A stretch of 64,000 bases of DNA, taken from positions 2,684,535 through 2,748,534 of the forward strand of contig JAHRHZ010000054.1 of assembly GCA_024137785.1 (NCBI GenBank). Reading direction: 5' to 3'. Position numbers and translations under genes: made by a program. The notes below the pieces were generated by a model. It was not told where the DNA came from and did no database searches. It saw only the letters and a list, made by a program, of their open reading frames with translations. This document shows, piece after piece, positions 12,446 to 25,504 of the stretch; within the stretch, counting starts at the first letter, position 1, and each line of letters starts with the position of its first letter. The DNA comes from Ginglymostoma cirratum (Eukaryota).

Positions 12446-13839
12446 AGCCTTCTAACTGGGAATGACCCTTTCATCTAACTTTGGTTGCAGTTGCTGCATA
12501 TTCTTGGTAAATTCTACAAAATAAGAAGACAAGTTTACTTCTTAATTACTTTCTTCAAGAAAATACTGTTCTCCTCAAAAGATGATAGCTAACTTTTCAG
12601 AAACAGAACCACTCAAATATAAAGGTACAATAAGATCCAATGTCTTGGTTCCCATAAAGGAATGACCAGAGCAGTCATTTCCTTCTCTGTGACGATATGC
12701 TGAAAAAGCAAATCAATATCCAGAATGCTCTCTGGTGGCTGATCACGCTTTCTTTGGCATCTTTTTTCCTCACTGTTTGCAGGCCTGTTTTCAGAGAATT
12801 GAAGAGTCTGCCTCTTGGATAATGCTATTGCTGTAGTATCTGTAATGGAATGTAATTCCTGGCACACTCAACCAATGTCAGCATCTTCAGTAACTGCTGA
12901 ACAATGAAAGCTTTTAGCAGCTCTGCTTAATAAAGAATTATAATGATTAGGAATAATACACAAAGGCTTTGTAAAGCTCTATTCCATTGTAGCAAAGTGT
13001 AACATGCATCTTGCCTTTCATACTGTCTTGTACTTCCCGAGCCCCATAGCTGAATGGAAGATGATCTGAGGATCATCCATTGGGGCAGCAACTGAAAGAA
13101 GTAACAGATCTGCTACTGAATCTAATTTAAAGTGAGCTTTCTTGCCATTTCCTATAATCTCGGCATACTGCAATCTGTCCCATTTGTCTATAATCAGGAG
13201 AATTGAAATCTTGCATTGGGTCTGCCACATTCCTAGGAAGTGTTCATCCTGCCCCTCCACATCCCCTGTTGCTGGATGCAGAACTAGGCAGTGTTTAAAC
13301 TTATGTGCTGCTGTTGCACTACCCAGTTATCTCTCTCTCTTTCTTTGGACTCGCAATCCTTTGTAAAATAGGTTGGATTTAGCTCCCGCTTGTGGGATTC
13401 CTTCATGGCATAGACCACAGCCCATTTCTTCATTCACTTACTATGTGTGTGTTTTGAGTCCTAATTTGTTCCCCATCCTTGTAGAGATCTTCTAGTTTCT
13501 GGAATGTTTTACTTACTGTGGCCTGTTTATTCCTTTCTGTTCCTAAACATATGATCAACAATGGCCCTTTCCCTTACTTTTTCAGCTTCTGTTTGGACTT
13601 TCCATTCAATGGTACAGTCCCTAGGTGAGTGATGGCTAATTTGTCCCGACTGCCACTGATTTTCTCTTCAAGGTTCAGATCACTGGTAAAACAGTCCTAC
13701 AGATACAGGCCGCAGTTCAGTGGGATTTTATGCCACTATGACACAAATCCTTTTGCACATGGTTATATTAGTCATATTTAGAGTATATTTATCAATATTC
13801 CACATCCCTGTTTTAGTCTAAACTCAGTTTTTTCTTCCC

Positions 13840-14430
13840 TCCTAGTCTAATTCCAGTTCTCTTCAGTTTTCTCATCTTAGCTCACTCTCCCTCAGTCTAA
13901 TTCCAACTTCCACTCTGTCTTATCCCAACTCTGTTCCTCAATCTCATTTCAGTTCTCTCCCTCAATCTAATCCCAGCTCTCTCCTTTAAACTAATTCCAG
14001 ATCCCACTCTGTGTAATCCCAACTCTGTCCCTCAATCTAATCCCAGCTCTTTCCTTCAATCTAATTCCAATTTCCACTCTGTCTAATCCCAGCTCTCTCC
14101 AGTCTAATTCCAGTTCCCACTCTGTCTAATTCTCAACTCTCTCCTTGAATCTAATTCTAGATCTCACTCTAATGCCCAGCTCTCTCTCCTTCAATCTAAT
14201 TCCAGCTCCCACTCTATCTAATCCTAGATCACTCCCTCAATCTAATCCCAGCTCTCTGATGCACAATCACTGCCTAATTCTCGATTACTTTTGAATCCAG
14301 CCCTGTAATTCTAGCTGCTTCTCTTTACTTCAGTCCGGATCTCTCCAACCCTCTGTTTAATTCCATACCTTTGCCTAATTTTAACACTCTGTTTAACTGA
14401 AATGTCCTGTGTCTGATTCCAGTTTTTTTT
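13840..14430. repeat. Tandem minisatellite of interspersed ~24-nt (TCTAATCCCAGCTCTCTCCCTCAA) and ~22-nt (TCTAATTCCAGxTCCCACTCTG) units
   Basis: Directly visible units from 13845 to 14258, decaying toward ~14430. Confidence 0.85.
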
Positions 14431-14744
14431 GAGTCTCTCCTGCTTCCAAACCTGTCTCCATCTGCCTATTTCCACTTCGCTCCTTCTGTCCGAGTGAATC
14501 TCTCTCTCTTTCATTCAATCTCTCCCTCTCTTATCTCTAATTTCCGTCCCTTTTTCTAATGCATCCTCATTATAGCACACTCCATCTCTCCACTTTCGGT
14601 TTGTCTGTGTGTCAGACGCCGCAGCCTCGGTTGCAGCTGCCTGTCCCTGTCAGAAGCGGTGCCGGCACTGCCTTTCTCTGGCTCTCCCTCCCTGCTTGCA
14701 GCTCCACCCTGGCCGTGCTCCGCTTGTTGTGGTGCTGGCTGACT

Positions 14745-14825
14745 GAGGAGGGGAGGCGGGCTGGCCAGCGCGCCTGCGCCTGGCTCTCAAGCTCACTATA
14801 AGAAGGCGCCGCGATCGCGAAACTC
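14745..14825 (+). promoter_or_regulatory. Putative wnt9a core promoter: GC box (GGGGAGGCGGGC ~14750-14761) and TATA-like TATAAG (14797-14802) in a local CpG-rich island
   Basis: Sharp rise in CpG density (gcgcgcc, gccgcgatcgcga) against a CpG-depleted window; TATA-like motif ~85 nt upstream of the start ATG. Confidence 0.65.
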
Positions 14826-14883
14826 ACCAGAAACTAACCTCAATACGAAACGAGATGGTCAGCTTTCGAGCCGGTACAGCAAA

Positions 14884-14969
14884 ATGCTGGATGGACACTG
14901 CTCTCTGGGATGGCAACTCTTCGTTGTTATAGTCTTTCTGACCATCGGCAACGCCACTGCCTATTTCGG
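14884..14969 (+). CDS. wnt9a: Wnt9a coding exon 1 (signal peptide), MLDGHCSLGWQLFVVIVFLTIGNATAYF-G; phase-2 donor GG|gtacgt
   Basis: Manual translation from ATG at 14884 (aaaATGC). MLDG...W...AYFG matches the vertebrate Wnt9a N-terminus with a hydrophobic core. 86 nt = 28 codons + GG, completed by the first T of exon 2. Too short for the ORF track. Confidence 0.93.
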
Positions 14970-17399
14970 GTACGTCCTGACAACTTTTGAAACTTTTTAT
15001 CAAACTCCCAACTTTTTGTATGTGATTTCCACGCCACCATAAAACAAAACTTTTTAAAAGCTTTTCTTAGATCTTTGCAAAGTTACAAAACTGCAAACTT
15101 TCGCAGTATTTTTGGAGCGTTCTCTGACAAATTGGTTCTGATTCAAAAGTTTCCAGAATTTTTAAAAATTTTAATGTTTAGTTTTTTTTATTTAGTTTTC
15201 TTGTGTCACTGTTGCAAATCCTAAGTAAGTGTTGAAATTAGCTGGGTGCGCCTCTCTTAGTCTCTGGGATTCTGTACTGGAGCAGATCTACAGTTTCCAG
15301 CTGCAGGTTGTATATTTGGAATTCTAACTTTTACTTTTTTAAAAAAAATCCCGAATGTGGTTTGATCTCTCCTGGGCAGATCACTTACACACTTCAAACT
15401 TGATTCATTTTTTTCTTTGTAGAAAAGTTGCTTCGTGATCCAATCCGACCTTGTCTGTCTCTGCGTCTCTCTCTCATATGTCTCATCGTTTAGTGCAAGA
15501 AATAATAAGTGCAAATTGTAAAATGCAGTGTGGGGAGGAGGCGTATGCTGTCAATTATTGCTCCGGCTTCTCTTACCACTTAAAAAAATTATAATAATCA
15601 GCTACTATTTTAACACTTACTGACTTCTATCTTTTTATTTGGCCCTCGGCTACCAATATTGAAATGCCTGCTCAACGTGTTAAACATGAGAACAGTAAGC
15701 CAAGAGTTGGGAGGGCAGTATTGTGTATGTAAATTAAAGACTAGATCGCGGTTTATATTATTCTCTGGGTTAGAATCCGAGTCTGGAACTCATCTTTTTA
15801 CAGCTCCGAGTTATGTAGACAGTTTTTTCTCCTCCCCTGAAACCTTCCTCCACTTTTAGTGAGACCACCAGATTCATTTTGTATTTTTGAGACTGCTTTA
15901 CAGTTACCAGCTATAACAACACGAGCCAGCACATGCTGTTTCACACAAAAAAACTAAGGAATTTTTAAAAAGTTTTGGGAGCTAATCCCAGGGAATCTTC
16001 CAACCTTCAAAATACACCGGTCTCCCGTGCAGCCGTGTGAAGTGAGGCTGGGACTAGTAGATCGTAACGTGTTAAAGTGCAAAAAGATAGTCCATATCAT
16101 TCTCCTTAGGAAATAACTAAGACAGTCATATTAAAATATTAGCTGTGCTTAAAACAAAAACAATCTCATCCACCTCAAACTTTTTAAAAGTGGAATGGAT
16201 AAAGTTGGAAATTGACTTATGACCCAGACGGTTCGGTCACGTTCCAATTTTAGGTTTTATTTGTAATAAATAATATTGATCAGATGTTTTTATATTCCCC
16301 CGAGTTTAAAAAAAACTCCCATCACTTGATCCAAGCGCCCTGCCTTTCGCAGTTGGTCGCGCAAGTTTTATAAACTAGGAAGCGTCTCTAAATTGTCGTG
16401 CAATAGTAAGGCTAAGGCAAAAGCATCCAGCTGGTTTAATGCTGAACAACTGAAGATGCAGAATCAAAGGTACTTATTGATAAAACTGTACTCGGTCTAA
16501 AGGTGCAGCCCGCTTTTTAAGGAGCACCTGTCTTAAAGGGACAATGTCTCCGGTTTACCAACCCCTCCGCCTGGCAAAACCGAACCACTACTTTGCAGAG
16601 AAAGGTAATTGGAGCGCCTGTTCGACAATGTTACTGTCATGAGGCCAACAGTATAAAGGTGGTGAAACTAGCGGACAGACACTTTTTTGTTTGTTTTTAA
16701 GAAATGGTAGTTTCGAGACATTCCCTAATTTTAATGTCTTGGATTTTCGATGTGTTAGCCTACCCAAAGGGGCTGAGGCGCAAAGGAAGTTCGTGTTGAT
16801 AGTCAGCTGTTATTTTTGTACAAGTGGGAATTCTCAAATGTGTTAATACCTTCAAGCTCAACTAGCTTATCCTTCATTTACTAATATCACCAAGTAAATA
16901 AAACGGAGATCAGTCATAGTCTGACATCAAACCATTGTCGTTATCCAACACCGTTTTATCAATGTCACCAACTGTTATATTCAGATGACCGTTGGTGCCA
17001 CTATAAACCTAGAGAAACATGCTCATAGATTGCCCCTTTTTAATAAAACTGCAAGAAGTTTGGAAACAGACACCCTTAGCTCTTCGTGCTGTCGTATATA
17101 CTGACCAGACGAAATATGCATTCTGAAGTTCTTTTTGTTCAATCGGTAAAGGAATATTCAAGGTTTGCTCCCTTAATGATTAGTAAAGGAGGTTTCAGTG
17201 TTGAGAAATCAATGTCATGGGCAGTGGGTGATTATTGTTTTCTCCCCTCCAAGAATAGCCCATGCAACATGGGTGTCCATTTCTGCTGCCTATGCTAACT
17301 TCCATAGAAGTACATGATATTAACATTAGTCTTTTCTGAATGTTGTTCCCAAATATTAGGACCGAACAGAGTATTAGTTATTGTTGGTGATGAATGTCT

Positions 17400-18010
17400 C
17401 CCTCAAAAGAAGTTAGTGCATTTTGTAACTTTTAGATGTCCTGAGCACTTGACAGTCAATATTGACTTTTGAAACTTGCTCACTATGTAAGATAGGAAAT
17501 GTGGCAGCCAACTTAAGTGAACAAGATCCCCCAAACAGATGTGCTAATGACCAAATACTTCATTTTTAATGGTGTTGGTTGACGAATGAATATTACGCTG
17601 GGAAAACTGCTATTTCATCTTCCAATTGTGTCATGGGACTTTCCTTTTCATCCACTTGAGTGCATTACACTCATCCTGAGTTGAAAGCCTGTGAATTAAA
17701 ATCCCAAAAGGCAGAAGTTCAGGGCACAGTCTGACATGCCAGCACTGTACTGTCAGAGGTTCTGGATTTCAGATAAACTTTTCTGCACTTGGATCTCAAA
17801 GCACTTTAAGAGCAGAGAAAATCTTGTTCTGGTTATTTATCCATCAACCAACATCAAAAACAGATTAGTCAGATCATCTCTCTAGCTTGTGGGAACTTGC
17901 TGTGCATAAAGTAGTTACCATATTTCCAACATGAAATAACTGCACTTCAGATTTACTTTGGCTGTAAATGCATTGGGATTCCATGAAAGGTGCCCACCAA
18001 CAAAACTTTT
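17400..18010. mobile_element. Two adjacent Deu-domain SINE relics in opposite orientation (- ~17400-17670, + ~17690-18010)
   Basis: Minus copy: gtggcagcca...acaagatccccca aacag...ggtgttggttga. Plus copy: tcaaccaacatc...gtgggaacttgctgtgcataaa...ttggctgtaaatgcattggga. Confidence 0.6.
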
Positions 18011-20204
18011 TCTTTCACCGAGGACATTAAGACCACCATCCCGCATAAGCTCAGCAAAGACTAGAGGTCCTTTTTATACTCTACATCCTTATTACCACAA
18101 GGCAGTAAGCTTCCTACTGCAGGGCTGTCTTAACCATTTTCCTCTAAGTCTTAGTGAATTCATTATTATTTAGTAGAAAGTTTTCATGTACTTCTACTTC
18201 TAAATGAGATTGTGCCTGTGACAGGGCATTGCTTCAAACACCATTTATTCAGGTATGTCTTAGCCAAATGGCCACTTTTCACACAGACTCTTGGCAATGG
18301 GCCCATTCAACTACTGGGGTGGTCGGGGTTTGGTTGGGGGGGTGGTGTTGCTGTTCATTGAACTGCTATTGGCCTTGTTCTATATTTCAACACATTCCAA
18401 CAGGACTAACTAGTCAAGAGCAACAGTTCTTATTTTTCTCCACTTTTTCTTTCCTTGGTCTCAAATAAAACTGAGTTTCCTCTTTATCTTTGCCTCAACA
18501 AGAGAAATCTTTCTTTGTAGAATTGGATTATTAATTTAAGCCTTTACTTGAGATGAATGAAGTTTTGGGTCTCTTTTTCAATTGGCCAAGACCAACTACC
18601 GAAGAGGCCCCAAGTTGGCAAATCCCTCTTTGGCTAGGGGAACTATGGGAATGCCATATGATTATGGGTATTCTTGGCAGCCTACCGTTAAATCACAAGG
18701 GCACCCCTGCTGCCATCAAAAGAAAAACTTGTTGTCACAAATAATAGGTATCCATTGAGAGATGCAAAGCAGCATGAATCAAGAAGCATGTTCATACAGA
18801 TGCAGCAAGGTACTCTGTGTCACATACACAAATTGATACATACAACAACATTCAAAGTGAGTAACTCATATCTCACACACTGTCTAGGGTGGTGGCTTTG
18901 GTTTGCAGCTGCAGCAACAATGATGCTGCCTAAAGGTTTAGGTCAACACTCCCTTCCCACAACAGAATAGAGAAATTTCCAGCAGAATATTTGAAAGCTG
19001 GCTTCGGCTTCCACTGAAACTGATCACCAAGGAGCTGCTTTTGCTTTTTTAGGTTCTGTCATCACAATATCCACCATACCCCATCCAACCCTATCTTCCT
19101 GACTTCAAATATGTGAAATGTTTCAGGAATCATTAGCATGGATTCCACAGGCAGATGTCCCCCAAAGGAAATGTGGGAAGGGGAATGTGTAGCAGGGCAC
19201 AATCTGAAGCTGGTACTCATGCCAATCTCCCTCTTATCATAGCTTTCTCAACCAAAGTCTGTGGTTGGAGTGTGAGCATCAGTTTCATGGATGCTGTTAT
19301 TGCTACCTTGTGCTATGTTTGGTTTTCTTAAATAACTTTGAGTGAAGAAGGAAGACAGCCATAATTTTCCCTAACAACTGGCAAGATTAGGTTAGAATTA
19401 ACTGCCTTCACGAGAAGGCAACAAGATGCATTCATGCACTGCGCTGAGTTTTAACATGACGTGTTGAGTACTTACATCAAGGAATGAATTGTTGGGTTAT
19501 TAAGTTTGTTTGGTTTTTTGTTTGCTCTGAATTTGCTATGGTCCCCACCCACACAATGGTGAGGAATAACAATATATTTTTGTCGCCCAGGCTCCCATAC
19601 CTGTAGCCATCCACTTCTAGAAGGCTAGAAATTTGGAGCGAGGGCTGTTTTTTTAAAAAATATCTCCAGTTCATTAGTGCTGAGCCCAATTGAAAGGGAC
19701 ACCAACGTGCAGTTGTATAGTGTCTTTCCTGTGAAGCATCTCAATACAGCAGTGTATTCAGACACCAACCCACAGAAGGGGATGTTGGACAAGTAATCTA
19801 TAGCTACCTTAAAGGTAGGTTTCATAACCTGTCTTGTGGGGGGGTGGGCAGGGTGCAGAGGGGAGGTGGGGAATTCCAGAGACTGGCTAAAAATACAACT
19901 GCCAGTAGCAGGATGAAGGAAGTAGGGCATGCATAAGGTTAGAGGAATGCAAAGATCTCCATTGCAGTTGCAGGAGGAGATTATGTATAGGGAGTCATAG
20001 TGGAGATTTGATCCATAGACTGACTTTAAATAGAAACTGGGACCTTCCTGAAGAAGAGTTTAACCAAGAGTTATAAATAGTTGATGATTTTTAAAAATCT
20101 TGTTTCTTTGATCTGAGTTCAGGTAGAATAGCATCTCCCTGGCTACTGCAAGGAGTGGCATATTTTCCTTAGTTTGAAGGAGTGATGGGTCTCTTGCAAA
20201 CCTA

Positions 20205-20562
20205 GGGGAGACAGTGGCATTGTGGGTAATGTCATTGAGGCAGTAATCCAGGGATTCAGGCTAATGCCCTGGCAGCACAGATTTAAATCCCGCCATAGTT
20301 GGCAGAATTAAAATTCAGACATATTCCATATTCTTATATAAAGCCAATTTCAGTAATAGTGCCATCAAGCTTTCATCAACTGTTCCTATCTCGTTCTCTA
20401 ATCCCTTCAAGGAAAGAAATCTACTGTTCTTACCTGGTCTTGTCTACATGTGACTCCTGATCCACAAGTGTGTTTGACTCTGAGCTGCCCTCTGCCCATC
20501 CCTGATTGTCTTCGACCAACAAATGCCTACTCTGTGATACCCACATCCCATGAAAGAATAAA
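20205..20562 (+). mobile_element. tRNA-headed SINE-like element (family B)
   Basis: ggggagacagtggcattgtgggtaatgtcattgaggcagtaatccag...acatgtgactcc...cccacatcccatgaaagaataaa. Confidence 0.75.
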
Positions 20563-21169
20563 GAAAAAGACTTTTCCTTTTCTTCCCGTTCTATTGGAGA
20601 ACACCGGACATTCATTCAGTGGTTCATGAAAGCTTCCACTTGGGCACAATGTCTCTGACAGTTTATCCCCAGGTGCCACATGGTAAAGCACAGGTTGACA
20701 CTATAATGTTGTGTCTCTGATCAATGGAAAACTGTGATTGTAAGAAGTGGCCCTTTTGGATTAGAATTGTCACAAGGATGAGCATTTTGAACATCTCTCC
20801 ATTTGAGTTGGACTTTTTTCTTTTTGGTCCCTGTTTTTATTCCATATCACTGAATAATTGTGGATGAAAAAGTATTTAACAAGCTTATCTCATGGCTAAA
20901 GTTTTCCCCTTCCTCTTCGTCCCCCACCCCCCATTCTAACAAATGCCATGAGTCATGTCCCAAGTCTTCCTTTATCTTTTGGACTTTGAACTCCAGTTTG
21001 CTGACTGAACCAAGCTGATAAATGCCCTAGCCTGTCCCCACCCAATTCCATATTCACTTTGTTGTCCATAAATCATCACAGAAATGTGGTGTTTCTCTCC
21101 CATACCTCAGTGAGGCCTATTGAGCTCATCATTGGGGCATATTTGGTACTACATTCTTGCTTTGTGTCT

Positions 21170-21560
21170 GAAATGAGTTCAAGGACAAATCCAGGAGTTG
21201 AGCACATTATCCGGGCTACCACTTCTACGTATTAATGAAGAGATGCTGCACTATTGGAGATGGCATAGCTTTGGGGAAACATTAATCCAGGGTCTTGTCT
21301 GCCTCTGAATGGATGTCACACAGCAGGGAATTGTCATGACAAAGGCCACCATGCCTATTGCAACCAATGCCACCCAGAAGAAAGTAACTAGCTCTCAACT
21401 CATTCAGAGATAGTAAGAACTGTAAGAAGCTGGAGTCATAAGTGTGGAGCTGGAGGAACACAGCAGGCCAGGCAGCATCAGAGGAGCAGGAAAGCTGATT
21501 TTTCGGTTTGGGACACTTCATGGTTGATTATGGGATCTTGCTGTGTGCAATGCATCTAAC
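21170..21560 (+). mobile_element. Deu-domain SINE interrupted by a Penelope-derived arm (21407-21520)
   Basis: gagttcaagg...tgagcacattatccgggct...tgctgcactattggaga and tgggatcttgctgtgtgcaa flank gagatagtaagaactg...gctggaggaacacagcaggccaggcagcatcagaggagcaggaaagctga. Confidence 0.65.
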
Positions 21561-22690
21561 TTATTTTCACCAAAAATAAAACATTGTGGGTTGTCTGGGA
21601 GCAGGCTCAACCAATTATGCTAAACCTTACCCAGCTCCACCCTGACTTCACCTCCTAGACTGAGCAACTTACAATCACCAGTGTCACCCCCTCAAATCCT
21701 GAATAAACATTGGTTGTAGGGCTTTTGTTGGATTGTAACCTCAGCAGGAATCATCCCCTTCAGAGGGGAGGAAACAGTTGGCATAAGGTTGATAGAGGGG
21801 CTGGAAATATCACACTTAATACCTAATGACCACTAAGCATCTGGTCTGTTGGGGATCTGTCAGACTTGGGAAGTGGGGCAGGATGATATGGAGTTTTTAA
21901 ACATTCTGCTTGGGTAGAAAGCTGCACTGTGCACAGTGCTGGGGCTCCACAATCACCTGTTAGCGTGCATTTGGCTTGACCCTGTGCTCTACTGGGAACC
22001 TGAGCCAATGAGTTTCTGGCTGTGAGCCTGGCCTGCCTGGGATGAAGTTAGTTCTATCAGCACAATGCAGATCATTCCAATGTGTTTCAGACTTGACTCT
22101 CAGACCCAGGCCTTGCTAGTTTTGGCTGGTAGCTTCAGTTACTGCAAATTGGATGCATGTGGAAGATGATTGGGGTGGGGGAGAGAATAATGTCTTGGGT
22201 TTTTTCTCTTTAACTTAAAGAGCCCATTTCTCTTGGCAGACTCCCATGTGTTGAATGGGTAAACAAACTAAGTGATTTAAAAAAAAATTGGATTTCTAAA
22301 TTTTTTTAAACTTACTTTTCTAATCAACCTGTTCAGAGATGTTATTACACACCTCTGGAGTAGATCGTACTTGAACTGGGACCTCCTACCACTGCCCCAC
22401 AAGAATGCCTATAACATTGCATTTCTTTAGCACCATTCCAACTCGCTTAGCTATCTCTAACACTTCATAAATAGTTAGTTGCATCTCAATGTAATTATGT
22501 TGTAACAGTAAAACATGGCATTTAGCAAACTGCATAGTGTACACAATTTTCCCCCACAACCCTAAGATAATATTGGGATGAATGATTTGTTACTGTTTTG
22601 TTGTATTGATCAAGACTTTTTCTCTTATATTTTCTTTTTTATTTTAAGGGAAAATCTCCTGACAACCTCTTGTCACTGTTTAAAGAAATT

Positions 22691-22984
22691 TCGTAGAATC
22701 AAATCTCCACAGTGTGGAAACAGGCCCTTCAGCCCAGCAAGTCTTCACTGACCCTCAGAGCATCCCACCCAGACCCATCCTGTATAACCCACCTATCTAC
22801 ACATCCTTGAACACTACAGGCAATTTAGCATGGCCAATCCACCTAGCCTGCACATCTTTGGACTGGGAGGAAACCCACACACAGGGAGAATGTGCAAACT
22901 CCACATAGCTGCCTGAGAGTGGAATTGAACCCTGGTGCCTGGTGCTGAGGCAGCAGTGCTAACCACTGAGCCACCATGCTGCCC
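22691..22984 (-). mobile_element. Near full-length HE1/V-SINE-like SINE
   Basis: Minus strand starts GGGCAGCATGGTGGCTCAGTGGTTAGCACTGCTGCCTC with A box TGGCTCAGTGG and B box GGTTCAATTCC; CR1-type tail. Confidence 0.9.
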
Positions 22985-25504
22985 ATCTTCTTGCCATACA
23001 GCCCGCTTCTGGCTAATTTCAGCTCAAATTCAGGATTGAGGCTTGAATCCCAAACCACTTTTTTCAGAATGGAGAAACGCCTCACTTTTAGCACATGTCA
23101 TACCCTCAGGTCATCCTGAAGGTCTTTCAAGTAATGGTGTGTTTCAGAAATTAAGTAACTATCCTAACGTAGGAAATACAACAACAAATTTGTGCTTAGA
23201 AAACAGCAATGCAATAAATGATTAGATATCTCTGGAAGAAGAATAGGTATCAGTTAAAACATCACAAAGGACTGGACTCTCTCTTATTTGAATTCTTATT
23301 ATGGGTTCTCGTCATCTACAGCGAGAGGACAGGTAGGGCCTTGCCATCTCTGACAGTGCAGCATTCCTTTGAAATGGAGTGTCAGTTTGGATGTTCTCAA
23401 ATTTTCAAAAGGAACTTACACCTGTAACTTCACTCTGAAGCAGGAATCTCACCAGTTGGCCCTGGCTGTTGTTGGACACTGCAAACCTGGAGTAGGGAAG
23501 GGAGCAGAGAAAAAAAATCAATGTTGCTGCTTCTCATCAGTGGCTCCTGCTAGAACATAAATTTGCAATTCCCTAAAAATGTTGGAACTCCCTATGTGTT
23601 GAGATATTTTACTTTATATAGAGGTCCTCAGTCCTCATTTTAATCTCTCCCCACTGCACCATTAATAGTACAGTCTCCTTCCAAATGGAATCAGACCAGG
23701 CTCGTGTGCTTATGACTTGAAGTGTGACTTGTATATATGATGCTTTGCAATAGGCAAGTGAGGCAGTTGGGTCTCTTGTCAAACCTCAACACACCATTAA
23801 ATACGATAGTCTAGGGTACATGAAAATAATTGTTACATTAATGGTGGGAAATCATCAAAAGGATGAATGGCTGAGTCACTGTTTCAGTGCTCCATCAAGG
23901 AGCAACACAAGGAATACAAGCTAATCATGTTGGTTATAATGTTAGCCTATCGCTAATAGATGTTCTCCACAACCCACAATGACTAGGAGTGTGGAGTCAC
24001 ACTTTTATTTTTCCACTTTACCCACCCACACTTAACATCAACATAACCTGACCAGTATTGGACACGGAGTAAATATATTCCCGTAATGTATCTTAGCCGC
24101 TTCAACACCACAGTCAATCTTCTGTACCAACCCATCTCATGATCTAGTCATCAACAAGATTTAGCAGCTATTAATTCTGTTATCCTGGCAGGTCTTGGAG
24201 ATTGTACCCTTGGTAGGATCTAGAAAGATTGTAAGAATTTAAGCTGTTAAGACAGTCTGGTGTCTGCTGTCACTTTTTTAACATCTTACTGATATAAGCA
24301 GACTAGTTACATGTATTAACCCTTCAATGCTGAATTATATTAAGAGGAAGTTGAATTGAAGAGCCAAAGACCAGTGTAAGACTTGAGCACCAAGAATGAA
24401 AACCACACTAGTGAAGGTTTAAGAGCTCTAGTTTCCAAAACCTGTATGTTCTCAAAGAAAACAGATCATCTGAGGTGATCTTCAGCAATAGCTTAGCATG
24501 GGCATTGGTAAATGAGTTATCCCCTATTTTTCATCTTAGTTTTCATTTTGTGAAACAAAGATTAATTTTACTTCCACCCCTCTTTCTTCCCTAAAGGACA
24601 TTAGTAAACCTACACGTTGTTTGACCAGTAACAAATCCAGTAAACATCCATACCATACTAATCCTATTGGAGTAAGTTGAATATGCACATTGCACAATAT
24701 GTTGGTTGAGATTTGTGGCTATCTGTCTTCCTCGTCATTTTAGATTATATGATGTAACGGATATCCCTCACTTCCTGTGTGGTGAAAACTTCACAGGGGT
24801 TGATCTGGAGGCAGTGACTAACCCAGAATGCATTGCAGATTGGCCACAAGTAGAATTTGCCAATTCTACTGACCTCAGTTAACAATGTTGGCATCTGTCT
24901 TTGTTCAGCCCACTAGCTTGTACTGGAAGCACAGCCAGTGGTGCCAAACCTCAATGTTTACATATAAGGGTAGGCTCACCAAGAAGTGCAAGCTGGTAAG
25001 CAGCTGCCACCCCGCCCCCAACCCCACCACAATCATCATGAAGAACTTTTAAGTTTTAGAATTTACCCAGAGGTCAGTTCCTCTCCCTTCAATCAGGTTG
25101 AAGGAGTTAGTTTCAATCTTCCAGTAAGCTAAATGGGAAAAGGCTCAAATCGATCTATTTCCCCCATTCTTCACTTCCCCCTCACTGATATAAAATTACC
25201 CTAAAGCTGGAGGCTTTACGGATTTCTGCCATTTGAAGTACTGTACACTACACTGAATGTAATACTGAAGTTGCCTTCCTATTAAAGAACCACCCTCACT
25301 GGGAGCTCACTTGAGAATTCCAGTGTACACTTTAATTTTAAGCAATCAACTGCCACTCCTTTTCCACCTTGCCAAAAAATTTGGCAGAACAGGATACAGT
25401 ATTCCAAATAGGTGGTAACCTTTTGGGCTGAGAGAAGAGCAACCATACTGCCTGAAGAGGATGCAGAAACATGAAGTTGTATGGACCACAATTAGAAAAT
25501 AAAC

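Noticed and set aside
13840-14430. CRISPR-like repeat-spacer array
   Set aside because: Units abut with no unique spacers, are degenerate, and the context is vertebrate with no cas genes.
1-14700. Exons of the usual neighbour wnt3a
   Set aside because: No Wnt3a-like peptide seen on either strand, though a very short first exon could be missed by eye.
22915-22984. tRNA gene (A and B boxes; similar at 47480 and 63270-63334)
   Set aside because: These are SINE heads followed by SINE body and LINE-derived tail, without a complete cloverleaf.
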